DNA of 64,000 bases. Origin: a virus. The notes beneath the pieces are model-generated. The model saw nothing but the letters and a program-made list of their open reading frames with translations, was not told the DNA's origin and did no database searches. The stretch is from the IMG/VR virus record IMGVR_UViG_3300050821_010639, positions 32,001 to 96,000 of that record, one strand, 5' to 3'. Positions 52,160 through 62,859 of the stretch are shown here, in pieces (within the stretch, counting starts at the first letter, position 1; every line of letters starts with the position of its first letter). A program made the position numbers and the translations under genes.

Positions 52160-55100
52160 CTACTCAGCCGCAAGCAGCTCCGGCCGGAAGGCAGCGCGGA
52201 CCTTGGCGTCCAGCGCCTCCCACAGCTCAGGGGTGAGCATGAGGTCGGTCAGCCCCAGGTCCAGGCGCACCGCGCCCGAGCGGTCGCCCACGACGCCGAT
52301 CCGGCGCCCGTAGGTGTCGAAAACCTCTCCGCCCTTGGTGTCGTTCATGTGCCTGCCCTTCAGCCGGGGATTCTTGCCTACCCCTCAACTGTACTGCTCA
52401 GCTTGACTTGAGTCAAGTCTATCGGCTGGATCTTCCCTTGGTCCTCGTCGCCCTGGCCGCGCCACGCTCAGCCCGGCTGGTCACGACCGACACCACGCGC
52501 CGGGCCAGGTCCGCCGCGGGCTCCGCGCGGCTCACGTCCACGCGCACGCCCTTCGACCAGGCCACAGCCTCAAGGTCCGAGCGCCGCAGGCCAGCCAGGC
52601 GCTCAGTCGCCCGGTCCTTGCCCACAAGGCGGATAGCGGCTAGTACCTCGTCGTCTGTCATGGCGTGCCTGACCTTTGCTTGACTGCTGTTAAGCATCAG
52701 GCTAGGCCAGGCTCTTGACTCGTGTCAAGACATGACGAGAGGCCTTGCGGACGGGGGCACCGCAAGGCCTCTCGGGGAATTACGCGGGCGCCTGGGGCGG
52801 GCGCCGCGCCTCCAGTATCACACAGGTCTGCGGTGACGGCCAGCCGGCTGCCAGTCCACCTCGCTGCCGGCCACCAGGGCCTCCCCGACGTAGACCGCGG
52901 CCGGCGTGTCCCCGGCCAGGTGAACCTTCACCACGAGCACGCCGTCCTCATTCAGCTCCGCGCAGACCTTGGAGCCCTCGACGTCCAGGCAGGGGCGCGG
53001 TTCGCCAGCCTCGCTCACGGCCTGCACCGCATCGGCTGACTCGGTAGCGGCGTTCATGGCGCTCTCCCCTCTCGGGTTACCCCGGGGTAACCCTAACCGG
53101 TCCGCTTGACTTACGTAAAGCGAAACGGGCCAACATGATGGCGGAAAGTGGGGGAAACTGGGCACTTGCTGGTCCAGGCGTCATCGTCCCAGGTGAGCCG
53201 CGGGCACGAGCAGTCCTCTCCCGGGCGCATCGGGCAATAGCACCCGGTCCCCGGGTGCTCCTTCCAGCCGGGACGCCGGTCTGCCCTCGGCACCAGCGAC
53301 CGCAGCCGCTCGCCGTCGACCACCAGGCGCGCACCGCAGTAGCGGCAGGGCAGCAGCTCCGGGTCCGGCTCGCCCGCCATCGCCTCGCACGGGCTGAGTC
53401 CCGCGCTGTGCACCCAGTAGCCCCAGATCCCCTGCCAGAACATGTCACGGTGGTGAGCCAGGCAGCAGGCCAGCGTCCCGGCCCAGGGCCCGCGCGGGGT
53501 GTACGCCCGCGCGGCCTCAGCCTCGGCCTGGGATACCCGGTCGTACCCGGTCACCGGCGCGGCCACCAGAGCAGAACCAGCCCGATGACCGAGAGCGCCA
53601 GAGTAGCCGTGCCGGCGACCGCAGCCGGCTTGTACGGCGCCCACAGACCAGTCGTCAGCGCCAGCAGCCAGATGACGACCCCGAGCCAGTTGGTCCGGCT
53701 CACGGGTAACCGCACCTCCGGCCAGGTCGCGTAGCTCCGGCCGCGCACCGAGCCGTCCGGCCTGGTAGCCGCCGCGTTGGCGAACAGGTGCCCGTGCTCG
53801 CGCCACCAGGAGGTAAGCGCCGCGTACTCGGACGCGTCCCAGGCCAGCATCGCGGCGCGCGCGGCCAGGGCGTCCGCTGACGGCCCGCGCAGGCGGCCTA
53901 GCGCCTCCTTGCGCCTGCGCTGGTACTCCGCCTGCTGCGCCCGGCGGTAGCGCTCACGGACGACGGAGCGACGCTGAGGGTGGCAGTAGTCCGGCAACGG
54001 CGTGCCGACGGCCCGGACCAGTACCCGGCTCGCGTACCACTCCCTCGGCTTCCGCACCCAGGCAAATTTAGCGCTCAGGGCAGTACAGGGCTGCCCCTTG
54101 ACCGCCTTGCACTCCGGGCAGTCTTCCGTCTGCCCCTGCTCGGTGGTGATGGGGCCGCCGACGTCGTGCGCGTCAGAGTAGATCACCGGGCTCACCGCGT
54201 CTCCAGCCAGGTCGCCGGCCACCAGGACGCGCAGCCGTCGTCCAGCTCCACGAACACGCTCGCGCCGTCAAGGCTGATGAACCAGGGCACCAGGCCCGGC
54301 TGCGGTACCCACCGGGCGTAGCTCTCCGGCTCGCCAGCGGCCACGGCCCCGCGCTGGCCGCGCCGCCAGTAAACCCGCCGACCGAGCCATACCGGCGTGC
54401 CGGGCTGGAACCGCTGCTCAAGGGCCGGCAGCAGGTCACGGGTAAACGGGCCCTCCTCCCAGCCGCCCAGCTCAGCGACCGCCGCGGAGAGGTCCGCAGC
54501 CTCGGCCTGGTCGAAGCCGGACGACGCCACCTCGCGCCTCTGGTAGACCGTCACCACGGCCAGCGTGCCGGTCATGACTTGCCCGGCGTGGCCTGAACCA
54601 CCTGGTCAACGGTCACCGTGACCGCCTTGCTCCCGCGCAGCAGCCGTAGCTTGTTCGGCTTGCGCGGCACCCGGGGGTCAGGACTCTGCTCCACCGAGAT
54701 GGTGCGGATGACCTGCCACCTCCTGAGCTGGTAGATCACCTCATCGTTGACCGCGATGCGGCCGGGCGCCCCGCTCACGCGTACTCCTCAGTGCACCGGC
54801 CGGCCCGGTGCTGGTACCCGGCCCAGAACTCGCCGTCAATGAGCGCGGCAGTAGCCCAGGCCGGGGAGCCGGCAGGGATCTCGCCGTTGCAGTCGGTGCA
54901 ACGGTGCGCCTTACGCGTCGCCTGCACCTGACGGCGACTCAGGGCGACGAACGTGATTTCCGGCTCGGGGCGACAACAGGTGTCGTAACAGTGCATTTAG
55001 TCCTCCTCGCACGGGTAGCAGATGACGCACGTGCGCATGACGTCCCCGGGCCGGCAGCCCCCCTCGGGGTACCGTGCGCGGTGCAAGGCCGCGCCCTCCT

Positions 55101-55437
55101 CGCGCCAGTTCTCGCCAGGCTGCGCGAGGCCCGGACGGCAGCGTGCCCAGTCCGCTTGCACCTGCTCGGCGCTGCGGTCGAACAGGGTCAGCCCGAACTG
55201 CTCGATGTGGCGGAGCCAGCTCAGCCTGACGCGCTCGCGCCCGGCCGGGCTGTAGTCGTGGCCCAGGGGGCCGATGTCGCCGGCGCTGACCCCGCCGGCC
55301 AGGCAGACCGCAGCGCGGAGGTCCGCCATCGTGGTCTGCTGGTCGGCGTCCGCTACCGGGTCACCCGTCCGCGGCCGGGCTGCGAACATGAGCCGCAGGT
55401 TGGCGTGCATCTGGAGGCTGCCGGGTGCCGCGGTCAC
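52160..55437 (-). other. Cassette hypothetical CDS (52160-52348, 52419-52661, 52818-53058, 53551-54222, 54192-54575, 54572-54778, 54775-54996, 54997-55437)
   Basis: Short coupled ORFs; several Cys-rich. Confidence 0.55.
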
Positions 55438-55850
55438 TCGAAGCTCACTGTCTGCCCGGCCAGCGCCAGCGCCCGCTCGTAGCTGCCAGCGTCGAAGATG
55501 GCCTGACGGAACTCGCGAAGCTCGGCCAGCGGGACGGCCCGAGCGCGCATCGCACCCAGCGTCACGGACAACAGGACTGCGGTGTCGCCGTCATGCAGCG
55601 ACGCGCGCTTCACCCGGACGTCCGGGTAGCGGACGGGCTCGCCAGGGCCGAACTCGGTGGCCAGCACGTCGGCGACCATCTGCTCGTGGTACTCGGCAAC
55701 GTCAACCGGCACGATAGCAGCGATGCGCTTGCCGCTGCTGGCCAGCCAGGTCTTGCGGTCCTGGGCACCGGCCAGGTCGGCCGCGTCCTGCACTTCTTCG
55801 GCCAGCTCCTCGTCGTTCCTGACGTCCAGCTCGATCGTCTTCTCGTCCAT
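55434..55850 (-). CDS. Protein with a Phd/YefM antitoxin-like N-terminus
   Basis: LAEEVQDAA...TWLASSGKRIAAIVPVD resembles the Phd/YefM pattern. Confidence 0.45.
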   Translation of the reverse strand: MDEKTIELDVRNDEELAEEVQDAADLAGAQDRKTWLASSGKRIAAIVPVDVAEYHEQMVADVLATEFGPGEPVRYPDVRVKRASLHDGDTAVLLSVTLGAMRARAVPLAELREFRQAIFDAGSYERALALAGQTVSFE

Positions 55851-55916
55851 GTGCCTGCCCTTCGGTTGGTTGCCTGGTTACAGGGTAGCCTAATGCTTGA
55901 CTTGAGTCAAGACACG

Positions 55917-56465
55917 CCAAAGCCCCGCGGGCAGGGCAGGCAACCGAGATCCGCGGGGCTTCAACGAGAGGGGGAGCCACCGTCTACACACGGCTCAGGA
56001 GAACCCTCGCTAAGCGACAGGCAGGCCAGCTGGCCTGCCTGTCACGCTCTTGAGTTGTACGCGGGTGCCGGGAGCGGACCAGCCCGTCGACTGGAACCTC
56101 CCGGCCCCCACTTCGCTCCGTGTGGGGTGCACCTAAAGCCGCAGGGAGCGCGTCCGCGACCTTCCACACTTGCTCCCGGGCCAGGGGTTTCACTGGTCCG
56201 TAGCGGTGTTGCAGGCCGCCAATGTCCGTACGCTGCCCCGAGGGGCCCGTACTAGCTTGGGCTTAGGTCAAGCTCACGCGTTCGCCAGGTACTCGACCTG
56301 GCCCGGGAAGTCTCTGTTGAGTTATATCCGGCTTACCCTGCCCTTGTGAGTGAGGCCCTGGGCGGGAGGGGCTGCGACTCGCGCTGTAGCCGGTGCTGCT
56401 ACCTTTCTGGGCGCTCCTGGCCGGTCCTCCTCTTGCCTGCTCGCTGACCTTCCGGCCTCGCTCAC
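55917..56465 (-). ncRNA. Putative large structured ncRNA (~550 nt) with an anti-leader 3' loop
   Basis: Own promoter (TTGACA-N18-TATCCT), no credible ORF, many stems (28-bp palindrome 56016-56043; 12-bp pair 56174-56185/56297-56308), and a terminal hairpin plus UUU. Confidence 0.65.
55920..55961 (-). terminator. Intrinsic-terminator-like hairpin with a 20-nt loop
   Basis: 11-bp stem aagccccgcgg/ccgcggggctt ending in UUU on the minus strand. Confidence 0.65.
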
Positions 56466-57057
56466 ATTCAAAGGATAAGGGATCGACTTGACTCGTGTCA
56501 AGTGATCTCCGGTATTTCCTCTCCGCCAGGCTGACCAGGGCCGGAGCCGGGCCGGTAACGCGCTCCTGGGGCCCGCGCTCGCGCTGCCACGCCACGGCCA
56601 GGCCCAGCCGGGCCCGCCAAGCGAGCGCGGACACCGCGTTGGGGCTCATGCCGGAGGTTCGCGCCAGCTCGGCCGGCGTGCGCCCCTCCACCTCGGTCTG
56701 CCACAGCACCGCGCGCCAGCGGGGCGGCAGCGAGTCGAACGCGCGACGGGTCATCCGCTGCTCCTCGGCCGCGGTCGCCAGGTCCCCGGCGCCCGGCACG
56801 CGCACCATGCGAGGATCGAGCGGCACGGGGTCGATGCGCCTGCGCTCGGCCAGCCAGTCGCGTGCCAGGTTGCGCACCGCGGCCAGCAGGTAGGGCCGGA
56901 ACGCGCCGTCGGGGCCGTGGCCGGCCCGCTGCCTGGCCAGCACCCGGGTGAACGCCTCCGCCACGATGTCATCGGCCGCGTGCGCGGGCACCAGGGCCAG
57001 GGCCACGCGGCGCGCGGCGCTCCGGTGCTCGGCGTACAGGTCGGCGAACTCGGGCAT
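56263..57057 (-). CDS. ECF-type sigma-70 factor
   Basis: FADLYAEH, ADDIVAEAFTRV, AFRPYLLAAVRN, LPPRWRAVLW...SPNAVSALAWRAR. The last ~90 aa run into the putative ncRNA. Confidence 0.88.
   Translation of the reverse strand: MPEFADLYAEHRSAARRVALALVPAHAADDIVAEAFTRVLARQRAGHGPDGAFRPYLLAAVRNLARDWLAERRRIDPVPLDPRMVRVPGAGDLATAAEEQRMTRRAFDSLPPRWRAVLWQTEVEGRTPAELARTSGMSPNAVSALAWRARLGLAVAWQRERGPQERVTGPAPALVSLAERKYRRSLDTSQVDPLSFECERGRKVSEQARGGPARSAQKGSSTGYSASRSPSRPGPHSQGQGKPDITQQRLPGPGRVPGERVSLT
56472..56502 (-). promoter_or_regulatory. Promoter of the putative ncRNA
   Basis: TTGACA within the palindrome, 18-nt spacer, TATCCT. Confidence 0.75.
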
Positions 57058-57114
57058 GGCGGCATGCTAATGGCCCCCGGCGCGATGCCGGGGGCCATTT
57101 CGCTTAGCGCGCTA

Positions 57115-59107
57115 CTACTGGCCCGAGAGACCGTTGAGTACGTCCTCGAAAGGCCGCGGCTGCGCTCGGGCCAGCGGTAGCTCCAGGGCCTCGCGCAGCT
57201 CGCAGACCAGCATCTCCGCCACCCGGCGGCGCGAGCGCAACTCGGGAAAAGGGATCTCGTCCAGGTGAGCCTCAGCGATGGTAAGCACCCGGGCGAACGC
57301 CTCGCGCTCGGGCTCGCTCAGGTCCAGCAGGACCAGCGGGTTCGGGGGGTTGTAGCCGATGCGCTTGATCATTTCTGCCCTGCTTTCCCGCGGCGGCCCG
57401 GCCGCACGTAGTCCTTGTAGCGATATTGGGCTGCTATGGCCGTCAGCGGCGGCTCACCGCGGCACCCGGGGATGTTCTCCTCACTCCACGCCGCCGTGTT
57501 CAGGTTGAGGTCGTAGACGACACCGGGCTTATCCGCGTGCATGGGAAGCTTTGCCTCCACCAGCAGCGGGGTGCTCTCCAGGTAGAGGCCGGTACAGGCG
57601 CTGCACAGCCGGTCGCCGCTGCACGCCGTCAGGCCGTCGAACCTGACGGCGTTGTGCTCGTACGGGACGCCCGGCTTACCGCACCACGAGCACGCCGGCT
57701 GGCGCGCGTGCTCGGCGTCGGCGTACGCCTGGATGCCTGCGGTGAGGTCGCTCACGTCAGGCATCCTTGCGCAGGTTAGGGAAGTCGTACTTGCCGAAGT
57801 CCGAGCCGTCCGCCGGCCAGCCGCGCGGTGCCACGCCGAACCCGCCGTCGAAGTCAGCCTCCCCGCTCGCACGGGGGCGGTCTTCGAGAATGCTCTGCGC
57901 GACAGCGGCCTTAGCGCCGGACTGCCCGTAGAAGTAGCCGCTCCAGAAGTGCGCGAACGCCTTGTCCGGGCCATCTAGCCCGCTGTCGCGAATGCCCTCC
58001 ACCATCTGTGCAACCGAGCGCTGGTCGGACGGGTCGAACTTGACGATCTCGCGCTCGGTGCCTTCCTCAAACAGGATGACCCATCGGCCGATCTGCTGGA
58101 TAAGGAACCGCCCGCTCGGAAGTCGCGCCATCATGCCACCGGCCCCGGGTAGAAGCCCTTGAGCATCTTGTGCGTGTCCGGAATGCGGTCGCGAAACGCC
58201 GGCGGGATGGCACCGCCGAACCACATGTTGGTCGACACCAGCACCGGGCCGCCGTCCAGTGGCTGAAACTCGAACCGGTACCCGCCGAACCCGCGCATGC
58301 CCTTCGCGGCCTCGTCGCCGACGCTGAACCAGCAGTGGTTCTCGATGACCACGCCCTCCCGGCCCTTCGCCAGCTCGGCGATGTGCTTCTCCCAGCGGGC
58401 ATCGTCGTTGTCGGTCCACGGCCCGCTCACCCTGACCGAGATGCACTGCGACGCCGGCAGGCCCGGCTGAGCGTAAGCCTGCACGTGCCAGACACTCGCC
58501 GACCCGTTCGGGTGCCAGCGGTGCACGATGGCCGAGCACCCCCGGCCATCGGCGCGGAACAGGCCCAGGGTCACCGACCCGGCCACCGTGCCGTCCATCG
58601 GCACGAGCTTGTCGCACTCGGCCTGTACCGCCTCCTCCAGCGCGCGGGCCTGCGCGACGGCCAGGACCCCGGCCGACAGCCCGGTACCGCCGCCGTGCGA
58701 GCGCGGCTCGGCGTCTTTCGCGGCCTGCACGGCCTTCCACAGGTCACTGCCCTCGTCACAGCGAACGATCATGACCTGGCCAGCCTGTTCAGCCGGTCGA
58801 TCTCGGCCGCCAGCAGAGCACCCGCCTCGCGCGGGCCCTCCTCGTCAGACCCGATGTCCGCGGTGCCCTGCTGGCGGCCGACCTTGACCCGGGCGAGCAG
58901 GAGGCTCGCCATGCTGGCCAGGTCGGCCGTAGCCGTGAACCCGTCATCGTGCTCAGGGGTATAGTTCAGCTGCTCGATCTGCCGACGGCGCTCGCGGATG
59001 ACCTCCGCCACTCCGTCCACCGCGCCAGCCTGGTGGAGGTAGGCGATGTCACCCCAGATGGCTTTCAGCGCCTCCACCTGCAAGATATAGTCCGGTACCT
59101 GGCTCAT
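57115..59107 (-). other. Hypothetical CDS run (57115-57372, 57369-57764, 57757-58131, 58131-58772, 58769-59107)
   Basis: Coupled ORFs. 58769-59107 has ERRRQ...TPEHDD...AGALLAAEIDRL, recalled as a common phage domain. Confidence 0.55.
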
Positions 59108-59334
59108 GACCTGCTCCTCTTCCGGGTAACCCGAGTCGGCTTGTTCTCCTCGTACCTGCGGATCTGAGACCTGAAGTTGCGGTACCCCCGGCCGCCCTCG
59201 CCGCTGCCCGAGGTCGTGGTGACCAGCGTGCTGCCGTACCAGACTTCGATATGGCCCTGGCCGTCCCTCTGCTCAGGCACCGTGTAACCGCGCTTCCTGA
59301 GCCGTCGGAGGTAGCCGTCGGTGGCGCTGGCCAT
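59104..59334 (-). CDS. HicA-like small protein
   Basis: LRKRGYTV...GQGHIEV...LVTT pattern; 76 aa, basic. Confidence 0.5.
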   Translation of the reverse strand: MASATDGYLRRLRKRGYTVPEQRDGQGHIEVWYGSTLVTTTSGSGEGGRGYRNFRSQIRRYEENKPTRVTRKRSRS

Positions 59335-59544
59335 TACGGGCCTGCCAGGGCGGCACGCAGCTTGCCCAGCTGCGCCAGCGCCTCGTCAACGTCGGCCAGC
59401 GCGTCCGCCCGTGCGGAAAGCTCCCGGGTGGCGAGCATCCGGTAGGCGGCCTGCGCGTGCGCGTACACCCCTGACCAGGCTGTCATCGCGTCGCGGGCCT
59501 CGTCTCCGGACAGCGGGCCGTCCGGGCCGACGGTCCGGGGCCGG

Positions 59545-62348
59545 CTAACCACCGTGCTTCGCCTGGTTGTGCTCCCGGGCCCGATTGATAACGACGTCCA
59601 GACTCGGGTGGTAACCGATCTCGAAGTAAGCCCGGAGGTTCGCTGCTGCGCACTTGTGGCAGTGCAGTGCGGTCGTGCCCCGGTCAGGAATGACGGTGAA
59701 CTGGCCGCTGAACTCCGACAGCGGCAGCCCTGCGGGCTCGCGGATGTCATCGACGCCGTGCCAGTACATCCGCTCCGCCACCCGCCAAAGCAGGTCATAC
59801 AGGTTGTCACCACTGATGGTGACGTTCTCAGCCGTCGTGAGCGGCCGGTCCTCGTCGTCGTACTCGGTGTCACGGATGCGCGGGTCCACCTCGTTGTCGA
59901 CCAGCCAGCGCTTCAGCCGCGCCATGGTCGACTCGCCTTGCGGGTAGTCGCGGTCATCAGCCGCGCGGGCCTGCTCGCGCTCGCTCGGCCGGGTGTCCTG
60001 GTCAAGCAGGAACGGCACGCCGCGCGTCATGTAGTGGCGGAAAAACTGGTCCCAGCCGTCGTGCGCAGTGTCGCTCCACACCTCCCGGCCGTCGACCTCA
60101 ACGGCGATGCCGTCGGTCCCCTCGTCCCAGGTGATGAACTTGATCGTCTTCAACGTGCCCGCCCCTCGTCGCCTGTGCCTGCTTGCGGGTCAGCTAGCCC
60201 CGCAGCCGCGGGGCTGCGCCCCCAGGCCTCCCGGGCCGCGTCGTTCCCGTAAATGACGTGAAACACCTGGTCCTTGCGCCGTCGCCGTTCGGTCTTGTCG
60301 GGAGCGGCACTGATGTACGCCGCTGCCTTGCGGTACGCGGCGTCACTCGCCTCGCTCATGAGCCCGCCCTTCTAGTTGCGCGCGCAGTCCGGCCAGCCGG
60401 ACGCGCCTACCCCTGTTACGTGCTGGCCCGCCGGGCAGAACACGGTGGGCGGGGTGAAGATCGCGGGCACGGCGTCGTGGTGCCTCAGGTGCCCGGCCAC
60501 GGTAGCGGCGATCATGAAAAAGGCGACCCCCGCGACCACGGTCACCAGGGCAATCACCACAGCCGACCTCATGACTCGCCTTCAATCACCAGGTCGTTGT
60601 CGGTCTGGTCGGCGCCGAAGCGCGGGATGCCCGGCTCAGCGCCGGACCCGATGATGACGCCGTTGGCCGCGCGCCGCTCGCCAGGCCGCAGTTCGATGTT
60701 CAGGGTCTTGTCTCCCGGTGCCTGTGTCACGGCCACAGCTTACGCAGTGTCTTGACTAGAGTCAAGTAATCAGACATTTTCGGCGGGCCGCCGACCGTCC
60801 GCAGCCAGAGGAAGACGCCAGCCGCGCCGTTCGCGAACCCGAAGGCCACAATGCCGAACGGGAGCCACCAGCCCTCCAGGCCGGTCCAGAGCATGAGCCA
60901 GAAGCCGACGCTCATGCTGAAAAAGCACATGATGACCCAGGGGTGGCGCTGCACGGGGTTCATCCGAGAGTCCCCTCACCGCTAGCGAAGATGCCGTCCG
61001 CGGCCTCGCGCACGGTGGACAGCGTGAAGTCGTGCGCCGGGAGCACGCCGGTCAGGAACCGCGCTGCCACGTCAAGCGGGTCAGGCTCCGCCGGCGGGTC
61101 CGGCAGCTCGGGCGCGTCCAGCTCGGGCCACCACTCGGCCACGCTGCTGCCGTCCTCCCACCAGGTGACCTCTTCCGAGCGCTGCACCTCCACGGAGGCG
61201 CCGAGCCACGTCAGCATCAGAGCCCGGCTGTACGCGCCCGACGCTGACAGGTACAGGTGGTTGCGCGGCCAGCGGAACCCCCGCTTGCGCAGCGCGTTGC
61301 GCCGCTTGCGGTCCTTGACCGCGGCGAGCACCTGGGGCCAGGCCTCCGGTACCCACCCGGGCTCACCTGACCCGGGCGGGTAGAGGACGTTCAGCCGGTA
61401 GACGTGGACAGGGCGCTCAGGCATCGTCCGCACCCGCCAGCAGCTCAGGCTCCAGCGACCAGAACAGGACGGTGACCGGCTCGCCGGGGGCGATGCCCAG
61501 GTGCTGCTGGACTACGGCCAGGGCCGACTTGAAGGCTGAGGCGCGCGTCTTCGCCCGGCCAGCCTGCTCAGCGGTCATGGTGCCCTCAACCGTCTGCGCA
61601 GTGAGTGTGCCGAAGCCCAGCTTGTTCCACTGCACGGTCATGACCCAGAACCAGTTCACCGGTCCGCGCCCCCGTCGGTGATGGCGCGGGTGATCGCGTC
61701 CGGCTCAAGGCCGGCCCGCTCGGCCATCCGGGTAACCATGGCCTCAAGGTCGTTGCGGGACTGCTCCACCACGGTCTCGGCGTGCTCGTCCAGCTTCCTG
61801 GTCGCGAACTCCACGTTGGGCACGGCGTTGGCGATGGCGGCCCGCAAGTCGGACAGCCGGGCCTTCCGCTCTGCGGCCGGAGCCGGGGGCTTGGCGTTCA
61901 GCGCAGCCTCGTAAGCAGCCTCAGCAGTCTGGATCTTGGCAAACGCGTCGTGCGCTGCAGCCCGCACCTCGTCGTGGGTGAGCGAGAACCGGGGAGCGGG
62001 GCGGAGGCCAGGCCGGTCGCCCGGCTCCTGCGTGCCGGTCGCGGTCCACTCGATCGTGCAGGGAACGCCGTCGCCCTGGCCGGTACTGGCCACGAACGAG
62101 GCGAACTGCGCCATCGACAGGCTGATTTCGCAGACCATCCGCTCCTGGTACACGCGGTCAGTGTGCAGGTCGCGCTTGCGGGTAGCCTCGTGGACCGTGA
62201 CCCGCATGTACTCCGGGTGCCGGACATCGGACTGGAACAGCACCGCACCCGGGGTAGAGCTGATCCGGTGAAGGCTGACCAGCCCGAACGCCGGGTGGGT
62301 TTCGTCCCCGTTCTCGCCGGTCGTGGAGTCCTCGTACTGCTTAGGCAT
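59545..62348 (-). other. Hypothetical CDS run (59545-60153, 60150-60359, 60372-60572, 60727-60963, 60960-61433, 61417-61659, 61656-62348)
   Basis: Coupled ORFs, two of them small membrane proteins. Confidence 0.55.
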
Positions 62349-62859
62349 TTCCCTCTCCTCTCTTAGTCAGCGGGTACTCGCGGCGGTAGCCGAGCAGCGC
62401 CTCCAGCGGGTAGCGCGCGCCGCGTGCCTTGCGCGCCGCGGTCAGCGCCTCCTGTGCCGCGGCCACCCGGCGCTGAGCGTCAGCGAGGTCCGCCGCCGCC
62501 TCGTCGCGCGCATGCTCAGCAGCCACCAGGCCGGTCACGTCCGCCTCTTCCTCGATCCTGGCCACCAGGGCCAGGCCCTCGTCCGTCAGCCCGTAGTACG
62601 AGCGGGTGTGCAGCGTCCGCTTGCTGGCCAGGCGGCGCTTGTGGAGCCCGCGCGCGGTCCTGTCCAGGTCGGCGATGCCGCGCAGGTTGCCGACCTCGCC
62701 GCCCAGCATCAGGCCGTCGGACACCAGGTCGGTGATGGTGAACATCGTGTGGTGCCCGCTCGGGCACGCGGCGGTCGGCTCGCGCCGGCGCGCGGTCGCG
62801 TCGCGCAGCCCCACGAGAACGACGATGGCGCTCTCGCTCAGGGTCTCGATCTCTGCCAT
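62341..62859 (-). CDS. Winged-helix-like protein with a C-terminal coiled coil
   Basis: RTARGLHKRRLAS...YYGLTDEGLA, PadR/MarR-like wing. Confidence 0.55.
   Translation of the reverse strand: MAEIETLSESAIVVLVGLRDATARRREPTAACPSGHHTMFTITDLVSDGLMLGGEVGNLRGIADLDRTARGLHKRRLASKRTLHTRSYYGLTDEGLALVARIEEEADVTGLVAAEHARDEAAADLADAQRRVAAAQEALTAARKARGARYPLEALLGYRREYPLTKRGEGNA

Noticed and set aside
55945-55956. GCGGAUC next to the loop resembling the 16S rRNA 3' end
   Set aside because: Match is too short to exceed chance; no other rRNA similarity seen.
55984-56193. 69-aa ORF inside the putative ncRNA
   Set aside because: No SD or leader motif, atypical codon usage, and it crosses strong stems.
55960-56440. 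RNase P RNA-like words in the putative ncRNA (AGGGCAGGGU, CAACAGAGA, AAACCCC...GGAGCAAG, UGAGCC)
   Set aside because: The P4 strands (GAGGAAAGUCC and ACAGAA...GGCUUA) are not recognisable, and the matching segments pair differently here. A cmsearch with the bacterial RNase P model would settle it.
35939-56502. CRISPR array interpretation of the repeated 16-mer
   Set aside because: Spacing is hundreds to thousands of bases with genes in between, the repeat is too short, and there are no cas genes.
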